From: Lama guanicoe
Lineage: Eukaryota
Direction of reading: 5' to 3'
DNA: 64,000 nucleotides
Assembly (NCBI GenBank): GCA_013239625.1
Contig: MU054204.1
Coordinates: 272,879 to 336,878 of the forward strand
The stretch's first letter is position 1, and every line of letters starts with the position of its first letter. Of this stretch, positions 50,706-63,569 are shown one piece after another. The notes under the pieces were generated by a model. The model made no database searches, was not told where the DNA came from, and saw nothing but the letters and a program-made list of their open reading frames with translations. Both the position numbers and the translations under genes were made by a program.

Positions 50706-51489
50706 ACAAAGCCTTTTTAAAAACAGCTAAACTAAGCAAACCTTTAAGCACCAAAAGTGTTTCTTCTAGCTGATAAAAGAAACATATGAATTCTTAAGGT
50801 GGTCAGTATATTTCACTGGTTCTTACTACTTAACAGCTTCTTGAAGACCCAGTCTTAAACTTGGACCCTGATGAGAATGCCAACCCTGGATCTTAGTGCA
50901 TGTGTCAAGATCCCTTCTGGGGATTTGTCTCTGAACTGCCAGCTTTCTGGACTTTAGGCCAGTTTCTATTTTGAGTGAAAGCTCCAATCTAGCAAGAGTG
51001 CATTGATTGCTTTCCAGCTAATCAAAGGGAAAGCATTGGTTGGCTGTTCTGGCATTCCTGTTCAGCTAAAAATGATTATGTCCCTGGCTCCTAATGCAAA
51101 GATATATTCTTCCTTTTTTTTTCTCCTGTGATGAGGATGCAGAATATCCTTCAATTTTGTTAAGTATAAAGTTAATGTATGCCTTTGAATAGTCTTTGAG
51201 AAGTTATACAGGTAGGTTTTCTCTCTAGGGGAAAGAGCAAAACATCACCTGCCCTTCTCTTTCTCTCAGTCATAAAATTGGTATGATTTAAATTTACACA
51301 CAGTGAAAGTGACTTACCTGAAGTTGTCCCTCTCTGCACTTCAGGAATAGATTTCTTAAAGTACCCATGGTCCTTCCAACAGAATGGAACATTTTGAACA
51401 AAAATTCAAAACTAGTTTTGGTACATGAATTTTGTACAAAATTAGGAAAATTTTCTCTCAGGATAGCCTCCTTCTCTCTCTTATTCTTT

Positions 51490-51632
51490 TTTTAAATGGA
51501 TTTTTATTTATTTTGGTGGGGGGAGGTAATTAAGTTAATTAATTAATTTGTTATTTTTAATGGAAGTACTGGGGATTGAACCTAGGACCTCACACATATT
51601 AAGCATGAGCTCTACCACTGAGCTATACCCTC
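51490..51632 (-). mobile_element. vic-1-like SINE
   Basis: gggggaggtaatta...atggaagtactggggattgaacc...gagctataccc; TSD ctctctct(t/c)attcttt. Confidence 0.92.
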
Positions 51633-51644
51633 TCTCTCTCATTC

Positions 51645-51646
<2 letters not shown>

Positions 51647-51676
<30 letters not shown>
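51647..51676. repeat. (TG)n microsatellite
   Basis: Directly visible. Confidence 0.95.
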
Positions 51677-51677
<1 letters not shown>

Positions 51678-52018
51678 CAGGGAGATTCTTTGCTAGTCTA
51701 TACTTCTTGGTTTGGGGTTCAATAAAGGAAAGTTTTAGGATGAGTGAGAAAAGGCACCCATGAAGTGAGGGGAGTTTGGCTGATCTCTTATATGTGATTC
51801 AGGATCACTATCATGATGAATTCCCCCAGAACAGAAAGAAGTGCTGAACGTCTCCTTTCATGCCACAGTAAAAAGAATTTCTTCCTTCCTCCCTATTGCC
51901 TATCAGGATGAACACTTGCAATGGCCATTGGTTTGCCACCACTGGACAGGGACTCCAATCCAGTCCGTGTGTTTGACTGTAGAATCCGTTTCTTTTCCCT
52001 GTATTAACATTACTGGGA

Positions 52019-52140
52019 AGGGGGTAGGGTATAGCTCAAGTGATAGAGTGCATGCTCAGCACCCAAGAGGTCCTGGGTTCAATCCCTGGTAACTCCTCCA
52101 AGCGGAGATCAATGAAGAAACCTAATTACCTCCCCCTCAT
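52019..52140 (+). mobile_element. vic-1-like SINE, more diverged
   Basis: gggtatagctcaagtgatagagtgcatgc..gggttcaatccctgg..acctaattacctcccc. Confidence 0.88.
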
Positions 52141-52419
52141 AAAGTCATTGGGACTGTCACAGTTCTACAGCTCACTGAAATAGTGCTTTATCAGTTCTCT
52201 ACCAAGTAGTTGGTTTGATAATGTTAAGACCAACAAGGGATGAACTGAGTTTTCCAAAGGGATTTGGATTTAGGCCAAAGGGTTTCTTCAAGGTGCCTTC
52301 CCACCTAAGCTTGAAGTTCAGTCAGCACCATGATTACTTTCAGATGTAAAACACTTTCTGTAAATGTTAATTCTGTCCCCCTATCCTAACACTTACAATG
52401 GCTCAGATGCAGTGCGAGT

Positions 52420-52560
52420 AGCCCTTAAGTGCATCATGTTCATTTAATCATCACAGCTCTCTTAGGAGGTATAGGGATGACTATATCCCCATATTACAGA
52501 CGAGGAGACTGAGGTATAAAGGAATGAAATAATCACAAGTCCACTATTTCATAGCCTGGT
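52420..52560 (-). mobile_element. MIR
   Basis: catttaatcatcacagc..atccccatattacagacgaggagactgagg. Confidence 0.75.
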
Positions 52561-54474
52561 CAATCTGGACTCCATAGTATATAGTTTGCTCTCTATAATA
52601 CCTCAGTTGTTTCCCAACTACCTACCTATTTTGCTTCTGTCTGTATAATATTTTCAGAGGCTGCACATTGAATACATTAGTTGAGCTCTTCAAGAAATCC
52701 TTATATGACTTTAAAAATCCTTAGGCTGTACATGCTTTCTCCCTTGCCTCACCGTGTATTAGTCTCAGCAGTAACCTTGCACCCCAGTAGAACCCAGAGC
52801 AAAAGAAAGTGGAAGTTGGTCAGAGAGGACAGTTGAACCTTTCTCAATCACCCAGGCTCTAACTTTGCCTTGACCTGGGATGCTTGCTAGTCTTGACCGA
52901 AGAATAAATGGAATGAATCGGCCTCACAGATAGGGTGACAGTTAAGGTTTTAGATGTGGGTCTGTTTGCAACTGAACTGATGGCTTTTGGCTTCTTATAT
53001 TAAGACATTCAATAGCCGTCTGCTGGGTGAAGGCATCGTCTTTTCCAACATGAAGCTGAGTCAGTCTCAGTCAGCAGAAAAATGTTGTCATTTGTATTCT
53101 GTATTCTTCCCGTTTCTTTGGGTTGTGCTATGTTTAATAATGCATGCATTAGGAGATACTGAAAAAAGAGATTGTAATCTAGTCTTTTTCTCCCAATTGG
53201 TTTAAATTGCCCCCAAAGTGCCTGCGTGTGTGTGTGTGTGTGTATTTTAGACCAAGTATCACTGAAGAAGTTGACACCTCATTAGGCATAGGTTATTGCG
53301 TTTGTGGAACAAAAATCTCCCTGAAGTGATATATCTACTCTGTGTCATAAAAAATTAATTCACTTTATGTGAGCGTGTTTTCATTTCAGGCATCTTTAAT
53401 AGGGAAATATATTCTGCTAGATTAGTTTACAGTGTTTCTAAATAATAAATTATAAACACCGATAAAAGACAACAGCTAAAATGTGCATATTTGAGAGTTG
53501 ATTATATGTTGATTAACCTTATGTGCTTTTGCCATAATTCTTACTATTGCCATTTTCCTTTGGTGTCAAACAATTCATTTTTGGAGCATAACATGCATAA
53601 TTATAAATGTTAATATAGCACCCTGCTGTATCTCATATCTCTGTGCATTATGGTACAAGTTTACTTCGGAGACACAAATGTACTTTCTCTCATTATTCAT
53701 AGTAACTGTAATTAGACACTAAACCTGAGATAGAAATATATTCATTATTTACCTATTTTGTTAATCTGAATTTTTTTCTTACATAAAGACTATAGAAAAA
53801 TCGTGTTTATAATTCAACCAAGAACCATGGGAGCCTGTTTAGAAAATGAAAATAATAGAAAGGAATCTGTGTAATGGAGGATGGAGCAATGGCCTTTAAT
53901 CACAGGCTCTGAGTACTCAGTGGACCAGTAGGAAGGTCTTTAACCATTTCATAGTCTTGTCTTTATGGGTAATTCAGGGCAGTAATTCCCACCTGACTGG
54001 GATCTGGTAGGGACTGAATAGGTACTTCATGAGAAAGTGCCTAGAATAGTACCTGATACTGGGAACATAACTAGTGAATGTGTACTATTTTTAATATGAC
54101 ATTTAAAAGTGAAAAACGAAGTAGACATTTTCTAAACATTAATTCACCAAATATTTCTTAAACTACCAAGTTCATATGATATAAGTTCATTGATTTAATA
54201 AATATTTTTTTAATTTGAGTGCAAAGCATGTACATAACAGTATGTAGTGGGGACCACAGCAGGACCATATTCTAGCCCTGAATTCTAGTGGAGGAAGATA
54301 AGGCACACATAGTTCAAATGGTTGAGCAAGGAGGTAGATGGTTGTCAAAATGAGTGACACCAGCAGCAAGTGATTGTGAAAACTGGAAGAATAACATCAC
54401 AGGAGCTTGAACAAAAGAGGGGGAGTTTGGCTCAAGTCCTAAATGGTATATGGGAAGGCATAAAAAGAGGATGG

Positions 54475-55122
54475 GGTTACACTGTTCGTGGGAATGCAAA
54501 TTGGTGCAGCCACTATGGAGAACATTATGGAGATTCCTTAAAAAACAAAAAATTGACTTACAGTATGATCCAGCAATCCCACTCCTGGGCATATATCCAG
54601 AGAAAACTCTAATTCAAAAAGATACATGCACCCCAATGTTCATAGCAACACTATATACAATAGCCAAGACATGGAAACAACCTAAATGTCCATCGACAGA
54701 ATGGATAAAGAGGTTATGTATATATAAATATATATATTTATAGACACATACTATGGAATATTACTCAGCCATAAAAAAGAATGAAATAATGCCATTTGCA
54801 CTAACATGGATGGACCTGGAGATCATCATACTACATGAAGTAAGTCAGTCAGAGAAAGACAACTACCATATGATATCACTTATATGTGGAATCTAAAAAA
54901 ATGACACAAATGAAGTTACTTACAAAACAGAGACTCACAGACATAGGAAACAAACTTATGATTACCAGGGGGGAAGCAGGGGAGTGATAAATTGAGAATT
55001 TGGGATTGGCAGATACAAACTACCATGTACAAAGTAGATAAACAAGTTCCTACTGTATAGCACAGGGAACTTTATTCAGTGTCTTACAGTAAAATGTAAT
55101 GAAAAATAATGTGAAAATAATA

Positions 55123-55182
<60 letters not shown>

Positions 55183-55269
55183 GATATATATATCTCTGAA
55201 TCACTTTGCTGTACACCAGAAGATAGTACAACATTGTAAATCAACTATACTTCAATAAAAAGTAGGGGG
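54475..55269 (+). mobile_element. L1 3' end with internal (TG)n(TA)n, inserted in an L2
   Basis: ORF 54450-54743 ([22 protein letters not shown]); perfect TSD aaaaagaggatgg at 54462-54474 and 55270-55282. Confidence 0.95.
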
Positions 55270-56214
55270 AAAAAGAGGATGGAGAGAAATGTAGATGTAG
55301 GTTTAAGCAATATTAAGAACGCCCATCCAAATTAAGATTTATGTAGTGGAACAGTGAGAGGTAAATTGGAAAGTCCAGAAGAGCAGACTCTATCTAGTAG
55401 GCAATGAGGAGTCATTGCAGGATTGAGAACAGGTGAATAAGAATGAAATTGATATTTTGGGGGAAACTGGTGTGAGTTGGACTGGATGTTGGGAGGCCAT
55501 GTGACATGATTACTTATGTACAGTAGTGACGGTATGAGTTAATGAGGGAGATGTTTCAAAGCCAGGACTTGGTGACTGATTCAGTATCAACGATGAAGAA
55601 TAGAAGGAAACAACAGTTACAAGGTTTGAGCCAGCCAGATCTTTAAGGATTTAAAACAAAACAAAAAGATATGTTAGGAAAAGCTAGGCTTGGTGTCAGT
55701 GGTTATTTAGTTTTTTGTTTGGTTTTGTCTTTAGCTTGAGGTGATTGATGGGATACATAGAGATTCAACTGGCAGTTGTAGAGTGTAGGTAGAACTTGTG
55801 TGGTGCTTAGGTCCAGATAAGGACCAGAGATTGTTCTAGATGCATAGAATGTTACTCCTAATCCAAACTCGTCTCAGTTACATATAAATATCTTCAAGTG
55901 GTCACTTCATCCTAAAAAATGTCATCTGCCCTTAACTTTCACCCTCCTCCAACTACTAATCTCTTATCTTTCACAGCCAAGCATCTTAGGCTCCTGAAAA
56001 GTATCCTTACACTCATTGTCTCCATTTTCTTCCTCCCATTTTTCTCACTTCAGTCTGGCTTCTGCCACTACTGTGACAGTCTTTTCGGTATAGTTCCAAG
56101 ATGAATTAGTGTCTTCCAGATTGGAAAAAAGAAATCAAGGAGCATCTTTTCTTCTCCTTTTCCAGTGGGCAATTTTTCAATAGCAGTTTTTCAACAGTAC
56201 AGTGGAAGTAGTAC

Positions 56215-56470
56215 AGTGGAAGGGACATAGCCATTGGTGTATAATAACACTGGTGTAAAATCACGTATCAGCTGGCTAATCTTTAGCAAGTTAGTTAACC
56301 AAAATGTTCTCATCTGCAAGATGGCGATAATGGTATCTACCTTACAGAGTTATGTTAGTAAATGAGCTGATATGTATAAAGCCCTTTGAAAATAGTTGTT
56401 GTTTAATATATGAGTAAATAAGGTGATATGTATAGAGCCCTTGGAAAATAGTTGTTGCTTAATAAATATT
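56215..56470 (+). mobile_element. MIR with duplicated end
   Basis: gcaagttagttaacc..ttctcatctgcaagatggcgataatggtatctacct. Confidence 0.7.
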
Positions 56471-56604
56471 AGCCCTGTTGAAGTTTTGTTTCCTGGAAAT
56501 TTCTTCTCTTTGATTATTAAACATCTATTTCTCTTGGCTTTCTTCCTACTCTTATTTTCAGCTCTCTTTACCTAATTGGTCTCTTAACTACTGATATACC
56601 CTAG

Positions 56605-56770
56605 CAGAGTGGTCCTCAAACTTGAGTGCATATTAGAATCCCCTGTAGGGTTTGTTAAAAAAATATTGCTTCCCTTTCCTCCCTAGAATTTCTGATCCAG
56701 TCGGGATCCAAGAAGCTCTTGGGTAGTGCTGGTGCTGCAGATCTAAGGACTGAACTTTGAGACCCACTAA
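56605..56770. mobile_element. MER5A-like MITE
   Basis: gtggtcctcaaacttgagtgcatattagaatc...actttgagacccact. Confidence 0.75.
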
Positions 56771-56959
56771 CCTAGAGTTCTGTCGTAGACCATCTTTCTC
56801 ATTCTATGAACTTTTCTTGAGAAGCTTCAGGTATCACTGATGACTCTCAGATTTCTATATCCAGAGAAGGCCACACTCCTAGATGCCAGATTATCATTGT
56901 CAACCGCATGTTACACTTCACCACCAAGTTGCCTCCCAAACACATTATAATCCAATGTG

Positions 56960-58200
56960 CCCAAGCTGATTCTAAAGTACATATGGAAATATAAATCTAT
57001 AAGATTAGTCAGGAAGGGTCTGGAAAAGAAGAGTAATAAGGGAGAAAGGGACCATGCCTGTTGAAACATGTTATAAAACTACAGTAATTAAAGCAGTCTG
57101 GTACTAGCACCTGAATAGACAGATCAGTGGACCATAATTGAGCCTAGGAATTGATCCAAAGGCATAGTATAATATATAATTTTAATATGTGATTTTACTG
57201 TGAAATATTAAAGGTCTTTCTAAGCAAGGCACAAAGGAAGCCATAAAGAAGAAAATTGTTAAATTTCATTACACAGAAGTTAAAATTTACAGCACCACAA
57301 AAACACATAAACAAAATCCAAAGACAAAAAACTGAGAAAAAAATTTGCATTTGATATGAGAAAGAGCTGGTTCCTTTTGTATATAAAGAGCTCTTGAGAT
57401 TAAGAATCACTAAGGAAAATACCAACAAACCATTATGGATAAAAAGATGAAAAACAGACCTAAACAGGAAGTCCAGGGAAAAAGAAAATTGGCCTATAAA
57501 AATACATAAAAAGATGCCCAACAACACTCATAATTAAATATACATTAATTTAAGCAACAGCTCTCACCTTAACATACAACTTTAACCTATCAAAATCACA
57601 AAAATCAGAGTATTTACTATACTTTTTTTTTGGCAAGCTTGTGGAGAAATGCATACTCTTTACACATTGCTGTATGCCTTGCTACTCAAAGTGTGATCCT
57701 TGGACCAGCAGTATCAGCATAAACTGACAGCTTATTAGAAATGCAGCCCCAGATCAGAACTACTAAATCAGAATCTGCATTTTAATGAGATCCCTAGGTG
57801 ATTTGTTTGCACATGAAAGTTTGAAAAGCGCTGCTCTAATACATTGTTGGTGAAAATGCAAATTAGCATAACCTCTTTGGATTTCAGGAGACTTTATCAC
57901 AGTTAAGCATTAATATGCTCTGAACCAGAATTCCACTTACAGGAATTTATCTAACAGATAGAAACATACGTGTGTGTGAAGACATGCTTAAAGGTATTCT
58001 TTGCAGCATTATTTGTATTTTAAAAAATTAAACACAACCTTAATATTCATTAATTGGTTAAAGATTAAATAACTGTGAAAAATTCACATGGTACAATACT
58101 AGGCAGTTAATGAAACATTTGTGAAAAAGTACATGCAGATACAAAATTGTCTCCAAATTTTGTTAAGCATAAACAGCAAGGTTCTGAACAGTATTCTAGT
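56960..58200 (+). mobile_element. Old L1 (L1ME-like) ORF2 end
   Basis: aagctgattctaaagtacatatggaaa; actacagtaattaaagcagtctggtac; attccacttacaggaatttatc. Confidence 0.75.
57675..57838. mobile_element. MER5-type MITE
   Basis: ttgctactcaaagtgtgatccttggaccagcagtatcagcat...atcagaatctgcattttaa..agtttgaaaagc. Confidence 0.85.
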
Positions 58201-58497
58201 GTGCTTTTTTGTGTTCTGTTACTATGATTCCCATTCTACAGATAATGAAAGTGAGGCAGAGATGTTAAATAACTGGCCCAGGGCAATACAGCTAGCAGTG
58301 GCAGATTCAGGTGTAGACTGTCTGGTTCCAGAGCTTACATTCTTAACACGATGCCATGATGCTGCTCAGGGATAAACAAGAAACTTAATATTGGTGGCCC
58401 CTGGACTCTCCAGAACTCATTATTCATTGTATATGCCTTTGTACTATTTGAATGGTTTACCTTTTGCAAATATTGCTTTAAAAAATAAAAACTTAAA

Positions 58498-58712
58498 AAG
58501 TTCAAGATTTGCAAATACTACTATATATAAAATAGATAAACAACAAGTTTCTTCTCCATAGCACAGGGAACTATAATCAATATCTTGTAGTAACCTATAA
58601 TGAAAAAGAATATGAAAATGAATATATGTATGTTTATGTATAACTGAAACATTATGCTGCACACCAGAATTTGACACAACATTGTAAACTAACTATAGCT
58701 CAATTTTAAAAA
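58498..58712 (+). mobile_element. Young L1 3' tail
   Basis: gatttgcaaatactactatatataaaatagataaac...ttgacacaacattgtaaact. Confidence 0.9.
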
Positions 58713-58964
58713 GGCACTCCTGCCTGAATGCTGGGTATTCACACTCCTTGTGAACCCTCAACACAATGCAACCTGCTTCTCTAGCTCTCCCCCCACCTCC
58801 CAGCTAGTTCAGTCTTTCCCCCTGATTTCCTATAGGCCCCAGAACTCTTCTTGGTCACCCAGGATACCTGGGAGACTTTCCCTTTTATTCTCAATTTTAG
58901 ATTCATCATCCCCTACCCCTTCCCATCCTTCTCTCTGTACCTGTAGGTGAGGTAGGTTAGGGTA

Positions 58965-59175
58965 GTAGTTGAGAACATCAGCTCTGGAGCCAGGCTGCCT
59001 AGCTTTGAATACCATCTCTGTGACTTTGTAGTTCTGTGATCTTGGGCAAGTTCCTCAACTTCTCCAAGCCTCTGATTTTCCCCACCATGTGATGGGGATG
59101 ACAGTGGTAGAACCTGCTTCATAGGAGTGTTATGAGTATTAAAAGTTTTCATATTTGTAATATAAACACTGTAAG
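58965..59175 (+). mobile_element. MIR
   Basis: gctctggagccaggctgcc..tgtgatcttgggcaagttcctcaacttctc. Confidence 0.85.
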
Positions 59176-59559
59176 TGTAACCGAGCAAGATCCTATTGTC
59201 ATCATTGTTAAACATCTGATATCTGTAATAGTGTTTGTAACTGCTTAACTGTATAATGGTTTAAAGGGTTTTTCTCATGCTCTTGCTGACCAGGGTTGGG
59301 CTTGAGAGGATGGAGGCTTGAGTGATCCACTCAACCTTCTCATGTTGCTGTGTGCAGGGATCATGCTCAGAGTCCTGCTCTTGACCCCAGTGCCTTCCTC
59401 TTGACCCCTTGTGGTTTCCTTGCATCTTGTTGTTTAAGCTGTAGGCTTCAGTTGCTTTAGCCTGACAAAGGATTAACGCTGCCTTTTCTACTTCATCCAG
59501 AACTCTGTCCTTGACTCTCAATTCGGTAAGCAGGGTATGGAGGCCATGTTTGGGCAACA
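59176..59559 (+). mobile_element. ERV1-type solo LTR (384 bp)
   Basis: Starts TGTAAccgagc and ends gcAACA; 4-bp TSD taag at 59172-59175 and 59560-59563; U5-like cttttctacttcatccagaactctgtc..attcgg. Confidence 0.8.
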
Positions 59560-59869
59560 TAAGTGCTTTTGAGATAAAATACCTAAAGTATAAGGTGGGA
59601 GAATCTTCTCAGATTGGCATAGGAGGCAAGCCTTTTTCTCCTTTGGAGGTCTTTTCTACTAAAGATGGCTCGTTAGGGTTAGGAACAAGTACACATGAGT
59701 CAGCAAGAATTCCTACCCCTTTTCAAATCTCCTGTCATTCTGGCTTATTTCCCCAAATGGATGATGGACCAAAAGCTTCTTGAGGCTCATAGTGTAGACT
59801 TGTTAGACTCCTTGGCACCTACTAGATACATGATAGACACAGGGTTTATTCCCATCACTCTTATAATTA

Positions 59870-60395
59870 AATCCCAAGTCCTCCTTACAGTGACCTACTC
59901 ACCTGGCCCGTGGTTCCTTCCCCAACCTCATTTCCTCCCCATTTTTGTCCAGTTCATTCTGCTCCAGCCACATTGGCTTTCATGCTGTCTTGGACCATGG
60001 CAAGCTGATCCTGTTTCAGGACCACTGCTTTGGCTGATGCCTCTGCTTGGATCATTCTTCCCTCAGATATTCACCTGTCTCCTCTCCTGACTCCATTTAG
60101 GTCACTGCTCAAATATCACCTCCTAACAGAGGCTTTCCCTGACCACACTCTCTAAAATAGCATTGGCCCCCGCATAGCCCCGTTGATCAGTCTACCCCTT
60201 ACCCTGCTTTTTCTGTCTTCAGAGCACTTACACTACCTGTCATATTATATATTTATTGAGTTGAGCACCATGAGGACTGTCTTGTCTGTTTTATTCATTG
60301 GTTTGTCCCTAGCACCTTGAACAGTGCTTTTTTGGCTCTCAATAACTAAGGGATGAATCAATCAATCAAGGAATATGTAAATGAATGAATTCAAT
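59870..60395 (+). mobile_element. L2a-like 3' end
   Basis: ctccagccacattggc; ctgctcaaatatcacctcc..agaggctttccctgaccac; ends gaatgaatt. Confidence 0.88.
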
Positions 60396-60651
60396 GGAAG
60401 TACCTGTGTAAAAGGTGAAATAACAAATTCTGTTCACTCCTAGAATTTTAAATACTTTATCATTTTCATTCCACAATTCTGTCTTTCAGCTTTAGCATTT
60501 TCAAATTAAATCCACATATCTATGTATGGGTTTTATTTCAATTTTCCAAACATCACCTTGACAAAATTTAAAATCCAATTGAAGTCAAGTTCAGTTTTAA
60601 AGTAACTGATTTGTTTGTTCTCCATCCCATGGGGAAGGAACGTACGTACTT

Positions 60652-60718
60652 GAGTGTGTGTGTGTGTGTGTGTGTATGTGTGTATGTGTGTGTTTGTGTG
60701 TGTGTGTGAGAGTGAGAG
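60652..60718. repeat. Imperfect (TG)n(GA)n
   Basis: Directly visible. Confidence 0.92.
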
Positions 60719-61384
60719 AACAGTTACCTTCAGTGAGGAAATTGGGTAGGGAGTGGGTTGGAGAGGCAGGAGTAGGGATTCCAGGTTCCCCAGAAGGAAA
60801 ATAATTTTGTTTCAATTGCTGTATTTTTTTCCTAAATTGTTGATTCCAAATCCATTTTAAAAAACCTAACTGAAAGCCAAAGAAATGAAAAGCTTGATGA
60901 ACCTAGAGGTTTGTAAACGTAAATACATCAGTTCAGGGAATTTCCCAGGGGCTCATGCTGAGCCTTGTGAAACCAGGCAAGAGCCTTTATGAAGAGAAAC
61001 TTCAGCAGAGGAGATAGATATACAGCAGCTGCTCAGCAGCTCAGATCTCTATTCAACAATGGAAGTGGTGATGCGGGAACTGCCCCCTTAATTCTGGGAT
61101 GTGCCTCACCATGAAGTAGAATGTACCTGCCCCTGGAGCCCAAATTCTATTCAAGCAGCTGCCCTCTATGATGGACATAGCCACTGGTAGTTGAAGGGAG
61201 GCTCCCGGGCTGCCTTGAAAGACAAGATCCCACATAAGTCAAAGCAGCAGCAGCAGCAGTATTTTAAGGGAGCTATTTGAAAAAACTGTTTTCAAATGTA
61301 TGGCAGCATTCTTTAGTTATGGGTCTCAAACTTGAGCATGCATCAGAATCACTTGGAGGGATTGTTAAAATTCAGATGGCTGGA

Positions 61385-62280
61385 TAGGCACATGAAAAAT
61401 GCTCAGTATCGTTAATTATCAGAGAAATGCAAATCAAAACTACAATGAGGTATCAATTCACACCAGTTAGAATGGCCATCATTCAAAAGTCCACAAATGA
61501 TAAATGCTGAAGAAGGTGTGGAGAAAAGGGAACCCTCCTACATTGCTGGTGGGAATGCAGTTTGGTGCAGCCATTATGGAAAACAGCATGGAGATTCTTC
61601 AAAAAACTAAAAATAGGCTTACCATATGATACAGCAATCCCACTCCTGGCATATATCCAGAGGGAACTCTAATTCGTAAAGATATATGCACTCCAGTGTT
61701 CATAGCAGCACTATTCACAATAGCCAAGACATGAAAGCAACTGAAATATCCATTGATAGATGACTGGATAAAGAAGCTGTGGTATATTTATACAATGGAA
61801 TACAACTCAGCCATAGAAAAGAGTAAAATAATGCCATTTGCAGCAACATGGATGGACCTAGAGATCGTTACTCTAAGTGAAGTTAGGCAGAAAGAGAAAG
61901 AAAAATACCATATGATATAATTCATATGTGGAATCTTAAAAAAAAAGGACACTATGAACTCATCTACAAAACAGAAACAGACTCTCAGACATAGTAAACA
62001 ATCTTATGGTTACTGGGGAAAGTGGGTGGGAAGCGATAAATTTGGGAGTTTGAGATTTGCAAATTTTAGCCACTATTTAAAATTTTAGCCAGATTTAAAA
62101 AACAAGTTTCTTCTGTATAGCACAGGAACTATATTCAATATCTTCTAATAACCTTTAATGAAAAAGAATATGAAAACAAATATATGTATGTATGTGCATA
62201 ACTGGGACATTGTGCTGTATACCAGAAATTGACACATTGTAACTGACTGTACTTCAATTAAAAAATAAATAAATAAAAAA
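61385..62280 (+). mobile_element. Young L1 3' end
   Basis: taggcacatgaaaaatgctc...gtacttcaattaaaaaata; TSD taaaattcagatg(g/a)ctgga at 61366-61384 and 62281-62299. Confidence 0.95.
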
Positions 62281-62315
62281 TAAAATTCAGATGACTGGAC
62301 TCTACTCTCAGAGTT

Positions 62316-62696
62316 GTTTTTTTTTTTTGGTGGGGGAAGTGTGGGAGGCAATTAGGTTTATTTTTATTTTTTTAATTCTTATTTTTTATTGAAGTGTATT
62401 CAATTTACAATATTAATTTCAGGTGTACAGCAAAGCAATTCAGTTATATATACACATACATATTTTTTTCAGATTCTTTTCCATTACAGCTCGTTACAAG
62501 AAATTGAATATAGTTCCCTGTGCTAAACAGTAGATCTTTGTTGTTTATCTATTTTATATATAGTAATGTGTACCTATTGATCTCAAATTCCTAATCTATC
62601 CCACCTCCTCTTTTTTTAAGGGAGATACTGGGGATTGAACCTAGGACCTCATGCATGCTAGCCATGTTCTCTACCATGGAGCTCTACCCTCCACCC
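62316..62696 (-). mobile_element. vic-1-like SINE containing an L1 3' tail (~62378-62610)
   Basis: Tail gggaggcaattaggttt, head ggagatactggggattgaacc; perfect TSD ctactctcagagtt at 62302-62315 and 62697-62710. Confidence 0.9.
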
Positions 62697-63569
62697 CTAC
62701 TCTCAGAGTTTCTGATTCAAAAGGTTTGGAGTGGGGTCCTAGAATTCATTTCTAGCAAGTTCCCAGGTGATGCCAATGCTGATTTATAGAACAAACTTTG
62801 AGAACTGTTGTTTAGGGGGAAAATGCAGAAATTTGGAAGCAAAGAACTAGGATTCAAGCTTTGTGTTATTTACTTCACCTCCAAGCTTGAGTTTCTTCTT
62901 TTCTAACGCAGAGTTTGTAAGGTTGTTATAAGGGTTAAATGGAATAGTGTCAGTGAGATTTCTTTGTGAATTGGACATATGTATACAAATGTTAGCAGTT
63001 AAGTGGCTTCGCAAATAGTACTTGCTGCCACCACCTCCCACCAGATTTTCCTGTGCTTTGACCCCTCTCCACCCAACTTTGTCCTACCAAGTCCATCAGG
63101 CACCTAGATAGAAACTAAAGCCAAGAAGGACCTGAATAATAATTTTTTTTAGCCTATTGGACATGGCCTTGTTGCTGATCTTGATTTGACCCCTCTTTTC
63201 CTCTGTCCAATGTGTTCTCAACTTGATCCTTATTCTTTAAGCCCTGGCCACCTTGCACAGCCAAGAATAGCATCTCGTGCTGATAACAGGGGTAAAGAAC
63301 TTTCAGGTGGAACCTTTTTTAATTAGTAGAATAAACAGAGGAATCCACTGCTAAGCAGGAAAGCATTTGTTGGGGAAACCATTTTGCCAGGTTGGTGGGC
63401 TCTAGGCTGATTTCCCTGAGGGCAAAATCCAGATGTTTGAAAAAGTTAAGTGGATTCCTAAGTATAATTGCAGATTCTGAATATAGGAATGTGTCAGCTG
63501 TATTAGACAGTTGCCAGGGTAAATGGTAGGTCTACGTAGAATGGTCTTTTTCTTTGAGACCCTTTTCTC

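Larger units (their letters stand above)
61315..62810. mobile_element. MER5A-like MITE split by L1 and SINE
   Basis: tctcaaacttgagcatgcatcagaatcac (61324) continues as ctcagagtttctgattc..tttctagcaagttcccaggtgatgc..actttgagaac (62700-62805). Confidence 0.85.

Noticed and set aside
51428..51443. 16-bp palindrome aattttgtacaaaatt
   Set aside because: AT-rich and expected by chance in this composition.
59261..59560. 99-aa minus-strand ORF resembling a pseudogene fragment
   Set aside because: It lies within the solo LTR defined by TG..CA ends and a TSD.
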